64,000 nucleotides of DNA, from contig OX597819.1 of NCBI GenBank assembly GCA_951406725.2, positions 52,390,001 through 52,454,000 on the forward strand, in the 5' to 3' direction. Every line of letters starts with the position of its first letter. Within the stretch, counting starts at the first letter, position 1. Made by a program: the position numbers and the translations under genes. Under the pieces are notes generated by a model. The model did not search any database. It saw only the letters and a program-made list of their open reading frames with translations, and was not told the DNA's origin. This document shows, one piece after another, positions 51,015-64,000 of the stretch. The stretch comes from Octopus vulgaris. Taxonomy: Eukaryota.

Positions 51015-52049
51015 CAGCTAAAATGGATATGAGTACCAATGTTCTCATGTGGCAGGTTTGAAAATTGTTAAGAGATCTCTCTTTACATGAAACCAATGGT
51101 AGCCTTGTTAACTCACAAATTTTTATTATTTTTATCATTTATCCACCAGTGTGGTGTAGAACACTGACTTTCACTGTTTGATATTAGTGTGTGTGTGTGT
51201 GTGTGTGTGTGTAGTGTACCATAGGATTAACAAAACAATCAAAAGTGATCTACCTAGCAAGAGGTAAGTACCATTTAATGAATATAGGATTTATATGAGA
51301 GTTTTGAGAAATTTTGTACTCAGATTGTACAGTAATTGGACAGTCTTGTAGAGCATGCCATGCACTGTCTAAGTGTATGTGAGAGAAAGAGAGTGAGCGA
51401 GTGTGTAAGTGAGTGAATGAGTGAGTGAGTGAGTGTATGTGACCGAGTATGTATATATGTGTGTGTGGGTGTATGTGCATGTATGTATGCATGTGTATAA
51501 ACATTACCTGTCACAATGGCACTAATAATACAAGTGAAATATTACCAATTGGGAATCATAACTGAATCTAGGTCTGGCTTTCATGGCACAGACCATCATT
51601 AAAATGTTCTTATGATGTAAGTCAGGTGATAAAAGGCCAGCATCCATGCGCTTTTTCAAAGCCTCCAGGGCAGGTTGGAAATATAGTAAGAAGCCATGAT
51701 TCATGGGCTGTTGATATAGGAAGCAGAGTTAGTTACCCTCAGGCCAGACACCTAACTGGAATATTTGCAGTCAATTAGATTTCACTTCAGGCAAACACAC
51801 GGACAATGAAGCAGTATTAAACTCGGCTGGATTGATGTAAGCCCACCAACCAAGAACACACAGAGCATGATGAGTTTCAACAGACACCTGTCTACCTAAT
51901 TTTATGCATAAAGCTTAAGTTGATCTGAGGCTGTAGTAAATAACACTAAAATAAGCTGCCATGAAGCAGATTGAACCGGGATGCACATGACTGCAAAGCA
52001 AACTCCTTAATCACACAATCATGTCTACACTCATACATGGCCAACAAAA

Positions 52050-53295
52050 ATACTTCTTAAGTACAAATCTACACATTTCAGAGGAGGTGGGGAGGTTTAG
52101 TAAATTTAAGCCAAACCTAGTATTTGAGTAGACTTGAGGTGTGATAATTATTTTATCAACCCCAAGAAAGTATGAAGAAGCTAAGATGACCCCCAGCAGA
52201 ATTTGAACTCAGAATATCTATTCATTGGTTTTATTTCCACTCTGTGTAGTAATGCACACCAGTATGTTCAGGGGTGGTACCAGTAGCATATCAGTTTTTC
52301 TATGAGAAGTGGCTACTGATCCCTCATTCAAAAGAGAAAGGAGGAACTACGTTGGCCTTCAATGACCAAAATAGTTGTCTGAGGAATGAAAGAAGAGAGA
52401 GAAAGAGACAGAGAGAGATATGATTCAATTCCTGTACTTGACTGGTTTATTAACAACCCTGGAATGAAGGAAAGTAAAGTTGACCTCAGCAGGATTTGAA
52501 CTCAGAATGCAGGTAGCTAGAATACACACTGGAGGGTATCTATTCTATCCTACTCTCTAATGATTCAGCCATTCACTCATCATACCAATGATGACGACAA
52601 TTTCCAATACTCGCACAATGCCACAAATTAGTTTGAGAGGGATATCAGTCATTAGCTTAATCAGCTGCTCCAAATTTAGTCTCAAGGCCCAGCAAATTTG
52701 AGAAGAGAAGGGGTGACAATTTGTTGATTACATTGACCCTAGTACTTAACTGGTACTTTATTTTATTGACCCAGAAATGATGAAAGGCAAAGTGGACCTA
52801 GGTGGGATTTGAACTTATGATGTAAAGAGTTAAAGCAAATGCTGCCTAGAACTTTTTCCAATGTTCCAATGATTCCACCAGTTTGCTGCCCTAACATAAC
52901 TAATTAGTATCAATGCCAATACACTTTATTGCCGTTGCTATTTAGCCCTGGGTCAGTTGAGCCGAAGCAGACCCATGACCAAAACTGTTTCAGCTTTGAC
53001 TCAAACCATAATCTTTTAGTTTTGGGGGTATAGTGTATCTAAGACTACATTATCAAATGTAGCCAACACTAATATTTTTTTTTTTAAAGACTGTAGGATA
53101 AATGTTAAAATGAAAAATTGGTTACTATTTCTGGTAGGTCATGCAAACATGTAAGAAGACCCCTAATAAGTTCTGGAAGGGTGAAAAATAAAAATGAATT
53201 CTGGTGAGGTTTGAACTCATAATGCAGGAAGGAAGATGTTGAATACTGCAAGGCATTTCAGAGTCTGGCACTATTTTTTGCCAACAGACCACTTT
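52050..53295 (-). mobile_element. Cluster of old SINE family B copies, same orientation
   Basis: TTTGAACTx motif (B box, reverse complement) at about 52201, 52494, 52807 and 53210, with family-B flanks. Confidence 0.65.
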
Positions 53296-54432
53296 AATAA
53301 TAATGATAACAAACAATAAATTACAATGATGGTGATGATGATAACAATGATGATGATGACGACGACGATGATGATGGTGGTGACGATGAAGATGAGAATG
53401 ATGATAATGATACTGATGATGATGATGATGAAAGAATTAATAGCCAAAAAAACAACAACCGACAAAATATGGTAAAAGAGCAAGATACAGGGTGAGGAAG
53501 TGGGGTGAAAGGAGAGGAAGGAGAAAGAGAGGTGAAAGGGAAAGAGAGAGGGGAGAAGGAGAGAGAGAGGGGAGAGAAAGAAATAGTGAGGGTGGATCAA
53601 AAACAAGAAGAGATGCTAATGAAACAAACAAGAGAAAAATATGAAAAAAGAAACAATAAAACAATACAAAAAGAAAACTGCTATAAAACAAACAACAACA
53701 ACAACAACAGCAGCAGCACCAACAGCAGCAACAACAGCAGCAACAATGACAATGACAGCAATAACAACAAAAAGGCATTTAACAAAAGGATTTTCAGCTT
53801 TATAAATTAATTGCAGTCCTTTGATGCGCGCCGCAAATAACATTATTATTAATTTGTAAAGTTGCGCTGACGTCAAAGGCAGATGCAAGGCTGCAGTGGC
53901 GCTAACAACTTTCGCACCATGCAAGGGAAGCTCATCAGCAACAACAATTATTTCCAATTTAGAACATGTACAGTTATTTTAGCATGTCTTTTTTTTTTGG
54001 TGTTTTGATTCCTTTTTTTTTTCTTGTTTTCTTTTTATATATGGTTTCAGTATTGTTGTTGTTGTTGTTGTTGTTGTTATTATTATCATTATTATTATTG
54101 TTATTATTATTATTATTAACATTATCATTTTAGTGTGTTAGACAACTGACAACAACATCAACTAACTACTAAGGATGACATCAAATAACAACAATACTGA
54201 CAACAACAACAACAACAACAATACAAATGCCAGTGTAGACAGTAACAAACCGCAAATGACAATAAAAACAACAACATCGACCAACATCACTAAGAATGGC
54301 ATTATCAACAACAACAACAACAACAGTGACAATTAAACAAACGAACAGCAGCAGCAGCAAGAACATCATCAGTGATGGCAACAACTGCAACAACAACATT
54401 CAATGATAATAATAATAATAATAATAATAATG

Positions 54433-54476
<44 letters not shown>

Positions 54477-55102
54477 TACAACGCCCAACAATATCAGTGA
54501 CAAGCCGGAGAAACAATAAGGATAATAATAACAACAACAATAACACAAGCAACAATGCTTGATGCCAACAATGACAACAAACCAAACAACAACAGCAACA
54601 GCAACATCAAGGATGAAAACAATAATTGCAACAACAAGCAGGAATATCAGTGACAACAACAAAAGTAAACCGAGCAAGCAACAATAACAAACACTACAAC
54701 GATAACTGCAACAACAACAATGACATATTCCATAAGCCCCCCCCCCCAAAGGAGAACAAAAACAAACAAAAATAAGTTACAGGAACAGGTCTCTCTCTGC
54801 CATGACCACCACCAACCAGCAAGAAACAGTCTCATGAAGTAAAACAATACAAAATGCAGAAGAAAAAGAAAAAAATATGATAAATATGAGCAAAAACAAG
54901 AGGAACCATCTTATCTCTCTGGTGGGATAAGAAAAAGGGGGAAAAAAAGAGGGGGAGAGCATATACCTCACCCACGTTCTTGCTCTCTGTCTCTGTCTTT
55001 GTCTCTCTCTCCCTCTCTCTCCTTTCACTCACTCATTCCTGTTCTCTCTCTCTCTATGGATTTTTAACATAGTATTTGCAGAGATAATGTGTCAAAGTGG
55101 GC

Positions 55103-55135
<33 letters not shown>

Positions 55136-56159
55136 GAAAGAGATAAGGGAGGGAGAGTGAAACAAACAGAAAGAAAAGAAAAAATGTGTACACACACACA
55201 TATATATATATATACACACACACATAGATGTGTCTGCATACGAGGAAAATTGGAAGAGGTGTGTGTGAGCATGTGTCAGTGTGTGTGTTATGTGTGTGCG
55301 TGTGTTATGTGTGTGCGTGTTATGTGTGTTGTCTTCAGAGATTAATTTTATTCAATCATAAATCATAGACTGATGATCATAGTTTAAGGGTGAAGAAAGG
55401 GTGGATGCGATGAGGATATTTGCAAAGATGGCAGATGGCAGTGGTTGTAGCAATAGTAGTGATGATGATGGTTGTGGTGGTGATGATGATGAATATGTAA
55501 ATGTAGTGATGGAAGTGGGGGGTGGGTGGAGAGAGAAGGTAGGAGATAGCAAAATATGAGTGTGAAAGACAATGCACAGGGGTGTTAAATGAGAGACAGG
55601 GTGTGTATGTACACATGTGTGTGTGTGAATGTGAGTGCATATATGAGAATGTATGTATGAATGTGTGTGTGTGTGTGTGTGTGTTAGTGTGTGCATGAAT
55701 GTGTGTGTGTGTATGTGTCAGTGTGTGTGTGTGTTTAATTGGAAAGAGAAGATATAAGGATGCAAATGCAAAACAAAGGTACAGAGATGGCAGAGGAACC
55801 AAAAATACGAGAAGGAATTTGTGCGCAACAGTGTGTCTGTCTGTGTGTCTGCACATGTGCAGAAAGAGAGGAAGAGAGGACATGTAGAGAATGAGAGAGT
55901 GGGGTGTGCACCCTGTGAAAATATATATAAGGAAAAAAAAGAGAAGAGTCAGAAGCACAAATGTAGATAGAGGAAAATAGAGAGAGGTGTAAAGAGGGGT
56001 AGTGAGAGGTATCAGATAACTGAAGCCAATTACAGAGTATTCAATGCAGTTTATGACAATGGCATCTGTTGAAAAACAAATGAGAGAATGGTTCAGACAA
56101 CCATTTATATAGATAAAGATGTGTGTGTGTATGTGTGTGTGTATGTATGTATGTATGTA

Positions 56160-56207
<48 letters not shown>

Positions 56208-58289
56208 TGCACACACATAGCTGTGCATGTATATGTATTTGTAGGCACACACACACACATATGCAAACATGTGCACATACATACATACTAGAGCATATTT
56301 TACATATGTATGTATATGTATATGTATATGTATGCATATATACATATATAAATGTATATATGTATGTATGTATACGCACAGACATCACATTTATTGCTTT
56401 ACATCCTCTTTCTCTGCCAGCATGGGTTTGATGGATCATCAATGTCTGAGTTAGTTCTTACATGGATTTACTCCTAGACAGGTCAGAGGGCCATATCTTG
56501 TTCAAACATTTCATCTTCTTATTTTTTTATTGGTTTCTATAGCTGGATGTTCTTCCTATCACCAATGCCTGCCACAGTCTACTGAGTGCATTTAATCATA
56601 GTGGCACTAACAGAGATGTCGTTTCTAACAAGACTAAAGAGTTCTCTCAACCCTATATCTCTTTCCACTCATGAAACAGTTTACAGAATGTCCTAGGTGG
56701 ATCTATTGTAGCATCAACTGGTGAAGTAGCTTTCTAACACCCATCACCTTCCTGAAGGATGAAAGAGTCCTAACCCCTCCATAGCATACTCAAAACAACA
56801 CACACACACAGGATTGCATAGCTGAGGAGGTGAATGTAAAACACAGTGATGACAGAAGAAGCAGGATGGCTAGAAGAAAGGAGCAAGATGGGAATACATC
56901 AGAAGAAACAGAACGATTGCAATGATGGGAGAAAAAAAACAACAGGGGGTGGATAAATGAAGGATAATAATAGTGGTGGATGAATTTTAAGAGTGACTGA
57001 AGGCTACTAATACCAAGTGGAGGTGGCAGGAGCAAGGATGAATGGAGTATATCAAGTTCTGATGTAATCCCTTGTACATATGCCAATGCCCACTGAGACG
57101 GACGAAAGAGCTAGGGTGTTAAGGATCAGATGAAAAGGTCAGATGTGTCCAGTGCTAGCCCTAATTACACTAGGAGCATGTTGCAGTGAGTGGTAGAGAT
57201 TTGCTTGCATCTTTAGTCACACTGTCAATATAATACAGTGAGAGTGGAAATAAGTGAGAAATGAGTAATGGAGGGGTTTTACACACACACACACACACAC
57301 ACACATACACATAAGTCTGTATGAAAATGCCAATAGAGCCTGCATCTTCTCTGGCTTCCATTATGGTGATGGTTTTTGCTCTTACAGCTCACTGACTGCA
57401 TAATGTGCAAGACTTTACAACATCCCTTGAGAATGCAGTAGCCACGGCTGGTCAGTTTCTCAATGCAGCAAAGTCTGAGTAGATGGCTATCATGAGGACA
57501 AAAGCCATCAGCTAATCTGTTCAAACAATAATATATATATATATAAAAGACAAGATATAAATAATGGTCGTTACATATTTCTTTATAGTGGTAAAGTTTG
57601 ACTTACAGCTGTTTCCAGTAGACATTATGGGTTTGTTATTGATAGGTTTACACAGCTGGCCTATTGATTGGTTGAGAAAAATTGAACAGCATAGAGTAGA
57701 GAGTTAATGCTACTTTCATCATATATGCATGCGTGTGTGTGTGCGTGTATGTGAGTATTTTAGTGTGTGTGCTGGAATGGGAGTATGCATCTGTCTGTGT
57801 CTTCTCGCACAACAGTTGTAAATGAGTGTCACTGTCATACAAGCAGTGTTATTCATTCCAATATTGGAATGCAAAAAATGTCTAACCATGGGGAAACATT
57901 ACCTTACTTAGAAACAACTGAGAGTTGGTGATAGGAAAAGCACCCAGTTATAGAAAATATGCCTCAATAAAGTCCATCCGAACCATGCAAGTATAGAAAT
58001 GTGGACAATAAACTGACACACACAAACATCATCCTTTTTTTTTCTCACAACCATTAATGACATGGTGGAGAGGATTCTTGGGGCAATATTTTATGGCTTA
58101 GCAGCTTTAACCCTAGATTATTTTCACAAATAATACTTAATTTCACTGATTATTGCATAGCAAATTGGTACTGTCGAACACATTGTTAATATGGGACATA
58201 AACATTACTGGTGTCGAGGCAGAATGAATGATAGACATATAGAGACAAAACCACACACATAGACACACACAAATGTTCATACAGTTTCT

Positions 58290-58526
58290 TATTTATTTAC
58301 TGCCCACAAGGGGCTAGACACAGAGGGGAAAAACAAGGACAGACAAACGGATTAAGTCGATTATATCAACCCCAGTGTGTAACTGGTACTTAATTTATCG
58401 ACCCTGAAAGGATGAAAGGCAAAGTCGACCTCGGCAGAATTTGAACTCAGAACGTAGCGGAAGACGAAACACCGCTAAGCATTTCGCCTGGCGTGCTAAC
58501 ATTTCTGCCAGCTCACCGCCTTTACA
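58290..58526 (-). mobile_element. Young full-length SINE family B copy (CCCCTTGTGG tail type)
   Basis: CpGs retained; perfect 14-bp TSD TTCATACAGTTTCT at 58276-58289 and 58527-58540. Confidence 0.9.
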
Positions 58527-58729
58527 TTCATACAGTTTCTAGCCATACAGTTTCTATCAAGTGATTTTTACTTTCAAGGCACTGGTCAGCCTGAAGCTCT
58601 AATAGAAGACATCCAACATGTCTTGCTGTGCTGTGGGATCGAACCTGAAACATGTGGCTGTGAAGCAAGTTCTCTGTATACACTGAGTACATGCAGTGTT
58701 TCATCTGTATTTTTCTATTGTCTTTATTT

Positions 58730-59070
58730 TTCTTTTACTTGTTTCAGTCATTGGCCTGTGACCATGCCGGAGCACCATCTGGAATGATTTTTAGTCAAAC
58801 AGAATGACCTCAGACTTACATCTCTTTTTATTTTTTGTTAAAGTCTGAGGCTTATTCAGCTGGTCCCTTTTGCCAAACAGCTAAGTTATGGGGAAGTAAA
58901 CACACATGATGGGCTTCCACACAGTTTCCATCTACTAAATTCATGCACAAGACATTGGGTGGCCTGCAGCTGTAGAAGACACTCATCCAAGGTACCACAC
59001 AGTGGGACTGAACCCAAAACCACACACTTGCAAAGTGAGCTTCTTAACCACACTGCCATGCCTCAGCCTA
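58730..59070 (-). mobile_element. SINE family A, diverged
   Basis: TTTTACTTGTTTCAGTCATT...GGGACTGAACCC...CTTAACCACAC is the reverse complement of family A. Confidence 0.75.
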
Positions 59071-59530
59071 TGTTAACAGTATCCCATGTAATACATGTCC
59101 AGTTCCATGTAATACTGCTTTCTACATGTTCCGTAGATGTTACATGTCATGGAGAGAAAAGGGTGCTTGTTACATATTTGTATACGTCTTCATATTTCCC
59201 AAGGCACTACATGGCCATCAACCCTATATCAAGTGGAATGAATCATGTCAGCTAAAGTTCAGCACCACTGGCCAGGATGCAGGACCAGTGTCCCACTTTT
59301 AAGCTTGTCAATTGGTTTACCTTTTATACAAGAGAAGCTGAAAGACTCCACAGCAGGAAGTACCGAGGACAAACTAGTAAGCCTGCCTAGGTGGAGATCT
59401 GGTTTTAAACCAATTTGTTTGAGTCAATCAGAAAGCTGCTTCAAGAATGCTTGACTTGCTAGAAAGGGTAGCCAAATCTCTTTACCATTTTGTTCTATGA
59501 TATTTAAAAATAACTGAGGACACATTGGAT

Positions 59531-59679
59531 TAGACCAAAGCAACACTTCTTGAGAAGCAGATCGCAGGAGACATGATTCATCATTAGGTAAGCTGCACAT
59601 TTAAAAAAAAAATTCTAGGTAATTTTTCATAAGACATATCATTCAGAAAGCCTCATGGGCCACAGTTTGCCCAAGACTG
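59531..59679. mobile_element. Probable hAT MITE relic
   Basis: Right end GGGCCACAGTTTGCCCAAGACTG is hAT-like; candidate TSD CATTGGAT/CATTATAT (6/8). Confidence 0.4.
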
Positions 59680-60587
59680 CATTATATAATGCAGCCCCAG
59701 ATACATTATACCTGAAAGCAAAAATGATATATTTCAAACTAGGAATACCTATGATCATAGTTCTACTCAATTATGGCTGAGTTGGGTTAAAGAACAAACA
59801 ACAACAACCGTATTAACTGAACAAAAATCAGATCTAAATACCACTGGTGGTACTGAAACCCTTGAAGTTTTTTTTTTTCCTTTCTTTTTACAAGAGTTAA
59901 CTAGATATAAGTTAAACACCTCCCTGTGATTTAGATTCAGCCGTGCTATTTATTATCAAATCATTTTTAGCTGCCTTCACGTTGTGTGACAAAACCAGAT
60001 ATCTCTTTAAAAATGAATTACAACTTCATAAGAGACTGTTTTCATCGCAAGTCAGAGAGAAGAATTGAGTCAGATAACAGCAGAAAGCATCGCTGCAAGG
60101 AACAATTCCAAAGCACACATACACACAAAAAAACAAAAACAAATGTAAAGAAAAACAAAAACAAAACAAAAAACACAGACAAAATGAAACAACATAACTG
60201 TTATCATTCTACAATGAAAATGATATTAAATATACATTAATTCAATATCCATTAGGCATATAAATATATCGTTAAAGCAAAGCCGGCCATCAACTGCTTA
60301 TTAATTTGAATTTTCTATGTATATGTCAACAGGGATATCTACATACATACTTTATGAGCGGGTAAGTTTGTATATGTATATATTTAAATGCAAACACATA
60401 CACACACACGCATATGTATGGGTGTGTGTGTTGATATGCAATGGTAGCCATATATTCATATCTACAATTCTACTACCTCTGCATACATACATAAACAATT
60501 CCACTTATGTCTTCACACACCAAATTGTATATTCCCTTATACATAAAAGAATATATTGCTTTGTACTCATACATATGTTAATATTGC

Positions 60588-60589
<2 letters not shown>

Positions 60590-60646
<57 letters not shown>

Positions 60647-60680
60647 TTATATATATACACATATATATATATATATAATC

Positions 60681-60737
<57 letters not shown>

Positions 60738-60780
60738 TATAAATATATATATACATATATATATATACATATATACATAC

Positions 60781-60826
<46 letters not shown>
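60590..60826. repeat. Long imperfect (TA)n microsatellite
   Basis: About 235 nt of TA with scattered C interruptions. Confidence 0.95.
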
Positions 60827-60829
<3 letters not shown>

Positions 60830-61340
60830 AAAATAGGATGTATATCAATATACTAATTAAAATTTTCAAATATCTATCCATGTGTCCATATATGCATATG
60901 TGTGCATGTGTGTGTATGTGGGTTTGTGTGTAAGGAGATGCAGATAAATGAATATATTTATACAGACACACACACAAACACACACACACTTATATACATA
61001 TGCACTCATAACAACACACAAATACATTAATATGACATTTGTCTTCGGCAAATTCTTTTAACAACAGATAGGATTCAATTATTTCAGAATCAAGTTGATT
61101 TCGAAATATAATTCATAGAATTGTACAGAAATTGCTATCATTAGATTATTCAATTCTACAGACAACTAATATCACCCAGCACCACAGCTCCTGCAAAACC
61201 AGTCTGACTGCAGAAGATTTTTCCCATGCATTGCAGAGCAGAGCACACAACCTGCTCCTACCGTTACCTTCTACTCTGCAATCAAGACTTTTAGTACTTT
61301 GCCCAAAAATATCTTTACCAACTTTGTAGACCCTCCTTTC

Positions 61341-61972
61341 TGAAATGTGTTCTCTATAAAAATGTCAAGCACTGAAGACAGTGGGTAGGGAAAGGAGAAA
61401 CACTGGCACCCCAGGCTAAAGGTCTTCACCCATGTAAAGTGTTGTTATCTGTTTGGTGGGATATGAAAGGTTTAGTCCACTTTTGAACTTTTAGACCGGA
61501 ACCAAATGATAACAAAGGAAATCTACTGCAAACAGCAGGAGTGGCTTAAGTCAGCACTAGAAGAAAAACAACCATCTTTGGTTTCAAGATGAAAAGTGTT
61601 CTTCCGTCAGGAGAATGCTCAGCCACATACAGTAAGGATGATATTCCAAAGGCTGGATCAATTTGAATGGGAAACGATGCCCCACCTACCATATTCGCTG
61701 GATATTGCCCCATCTGATTATCATTTATTCCACAGTCTTCAAAATCATTAGGAATATGAATTCTGTAGACGAGGTCAGAACAGTACTGGAAGTGTAGTTT
61801 TTGTCATGGACAAGTGAATTTTGGAAGAGGGGCTTTGCAAGTCTACCAGATACATGGAAGAGCATTGCAGAAAATGAAGGAGGGTATATTTTAGATTAAA
61901 AAAGAACTCTGCTTATCTTAATTTTGAAAAATAAAAATATAAAAAATCCATATTATCTATGATATGACCCAA
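61341..61972 (+). mobile_element. Mariner transposon 3' half (second family)
   Basis: VLYKNV, GLHPCKVLLSVWWDMKG, FRQENAQPH, WETMPHLPYSLDIAPSDYHLF, GFASLPDTW...ENEGGYILD*; right end ...TATGACCCAA followed by TA. Confidence 0.9.
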
Positions 61973-62098
61973 TACACACACACACACGTACATATATACA
62001 CATATATACACACATAAATATATATATACACACACAAACACACATGCATGCACACACACAAGTATACATACATATATATATATATACAAACATACATA

Positions 62099-62149
<51 letters not shown>

Positions 62150-62242
62150 ATATGCATGCACACATAAATATATATATACACTCACACATATGCACATTTA
62201 TATATATATATATATACACACTCACACATATGCATGCACATT

Positions 62243-62283
<41 letters not shown>

Positions 62284-63008
62284 ATAGAAGCATACATACA
62301 CATACATATATATATACACACACACATTTATGTACATAAAGAAAAAATATACAAATACATTAAATACATCTAAAGGGAATATACAAAAATAAAACTGAAA
62401 AAACCATGATGAATTAATCCAAGACTATTTAAAAAGAATTTGAAGAATAAATAAATACATAATACATTAGATACATTAGGTTTTTTTTCTTTTCTTTCTT
62501 TTGTTAAGCATCATTCTACCCTGACAACAATAAAAAACTAAAAGAATTAAGTGTTTTTAAAAACAACTGCTTATAGTATTTAAAACCATGGTAAAAACCT
62601 CAAATTAGCTTTGTGAGAAGAAACAAATGTAGAAAATATAGAAGGAAAGAAATATTATTCTTACTTCTACCCCCCACCCCACCCATATAGCCTCACACCC
62701 AGAAGTCAAAACAAACAGAAGCATTAAAAAAATTTTCTTTCTTTTTTTTAATTTTTTTTATAAAAACACTGAACCATTAATTTTTAGGAAATCTACCCAA
62801 AGCCATCTGGATAATTGCTCAAAGCATCATATTTCAGAGTGTTGAAAAAAAAAAAAAAAAAAGAGAATGAAAGCTTAAGTAGCAACAACAATAATGTTGG
62901 TAGAAAAAAATGTAAAAAATACAAAAATATTTTTTTTTTAAATGAAAAAGAAAGAAGACTGTAAATAAAATTATGAAATACACAAACAAATAATTTTAAA
63001 TTGCCAAA

Positions 63009-63042
<34 letters not shown>

Positions 63043-63529
63043 GGATAATTAGATAGTTTTGAATAAATAAAATGAGAGAATAGGAGGGACAGAATGAACA
63101 AAAAAAACAAACAAAAACTTAGAAAATAGTTTTAAATTAAATGTTCAAATTTAATTTACTTGATACTGATCTGTGAGAACTTAACCTTCCATCTCATCAT
63201 GCCCACCACCATCAGATCTCCAAACAAAACTTATCACAGATTTATTTTGTATATGGACCCTGGCATTGATATAACAGAATATCGTAGCCAACTGGAATTG
63301 ATACATTGCAGTGTCTTGATTACTCTTTGCCTATCTCTCTCTGTTAACAATTCTTATTTTTGATGGTGGTGGTGGTGGTGGTGGTGGTTGGTGGTTTATT
63401 CAACAGATTGTCAGTCAACAATGCATTGTAGTATATTACATTGGTAAAAAAAGTTCTTGGACAACCAAGCTGCCTTCAATCCCTCAACCAATCAGCATCA
63501 CCGACCAGTCAGGAGCAGCCAGCGTGTCT

Positions 63530-63745
63530 ATTGTGACTATATAAAGATTCGGCAAGGTCAGTAAGCTTGGAAAATGGGTGCCACATGAATTGACTGAAGC
63601 AAACAAACAAGCACGTGTCACTGCATGTCAAAGTCTGCTCTGGTGAAGCCGAAGATTCAGTTGGTTGGAGTCAGTTATCACTATGGATGAAAAGTGGGTA
63701 CTGTACTCCAACGCAAGGTGCAGACAATCCTGAATCTCTCCCCAG
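63530..63745 (+). mobile_element. Mariner transposase internal fragment (third family)
   Basis: GKVSKLGKWVPHELTEANKQARVTACQSLL...WLESVITMDEKWVLYSN, with an intact WVPHEL motif and first catalytic Asp. Confidence 0.88.
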
Positions 63746-64000
63746 ATATGATTGAACCTTAACTATTTTAGCCCTTACTGACCTCACTCAGTTATCCATG
63801 TAATCCAGCCAATGAAACTCTGGCAGAACTAATAAATAAACCAACATTTACTTGCTATTTGAACCATCATAAGAATTATCATCATCATGTTTGATAACAA
63901 CCTGCTCACAGGAAGTTTCTAATTTCTAAATTAATCACCCACCAAAAATAGCAGTCAAATTTCTCATGTATGATATCCTACCATAGTTAAAAAAAAGTGT

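Noticed and set aside
51522-51704. 60-aa ORF with a possible donor as the missing upstream SMG5 exon
   Set aside because: No similarity to the expected SMG5 segment and no convincing acceptor.
53895-53945. Minus-strand CTGATGA-gc...gc-GAAA hammerhead-like core
   Set aside because: Stem II has only two pairs, and stems I and III cannot form.
57085-57120. AATGCCC-a-CTGAGA-cggac-GAAAGAGCTA-GGGTGTT
   Set aside because: The outer stem pairs, but the core lacks a base and stems II and III are not formable; probably chance.
1241-62373. Numerous long ORFs in the track (YIYI, CVCV, HTHT, poly-I/N/Y; e.g. 55377-56345, 46583-47281, 30388-31071)
   Set aside because: They are translations of TA, CA, AAT and GA microsatellites, with no domain content or splice support.

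Overview
AT-rich, microsatellite- and transposon-saturated eukaryotic DNA; the SINE/LINE repertoire and simple-repeat load are most consistent with an octopus (coleoid cephalopod) genome (inference). The only host coding sequence I can support is three minus-strand exons (25940-25787, 18311-18221, 161-81) with GT-AG sites and matching phases. They splice into the C-terminal PIN domain of the NMD factor SMG5, and the gene runs off both ends of the window. The remainder is intronic: a full-length decayed mellifera-type mariner, other mariner/Tc1 fragments, an internally deleted piggyBac with related TTAA MITEs, hAT and Tc1 MITEs, a Helentron-type non-autonomous element, RTE, CR1 and R4/Dong LINE relics, and dozens of tRNA-derived SINEs. 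The most unusual signal is four sequence-unrelated minimal type I hammerhead-ribozyme motifs of the Penelope-like kind, all with some degeneration. One sits in a tRNA-headed element with a near-perfect 49-bp inverted duplication. Most ORFs in the supplied track are microsatellite artefacts. Repeat boundaries are approximate unless TSD/TIR coordinates are given; family names come from motif recognition, not database searches.
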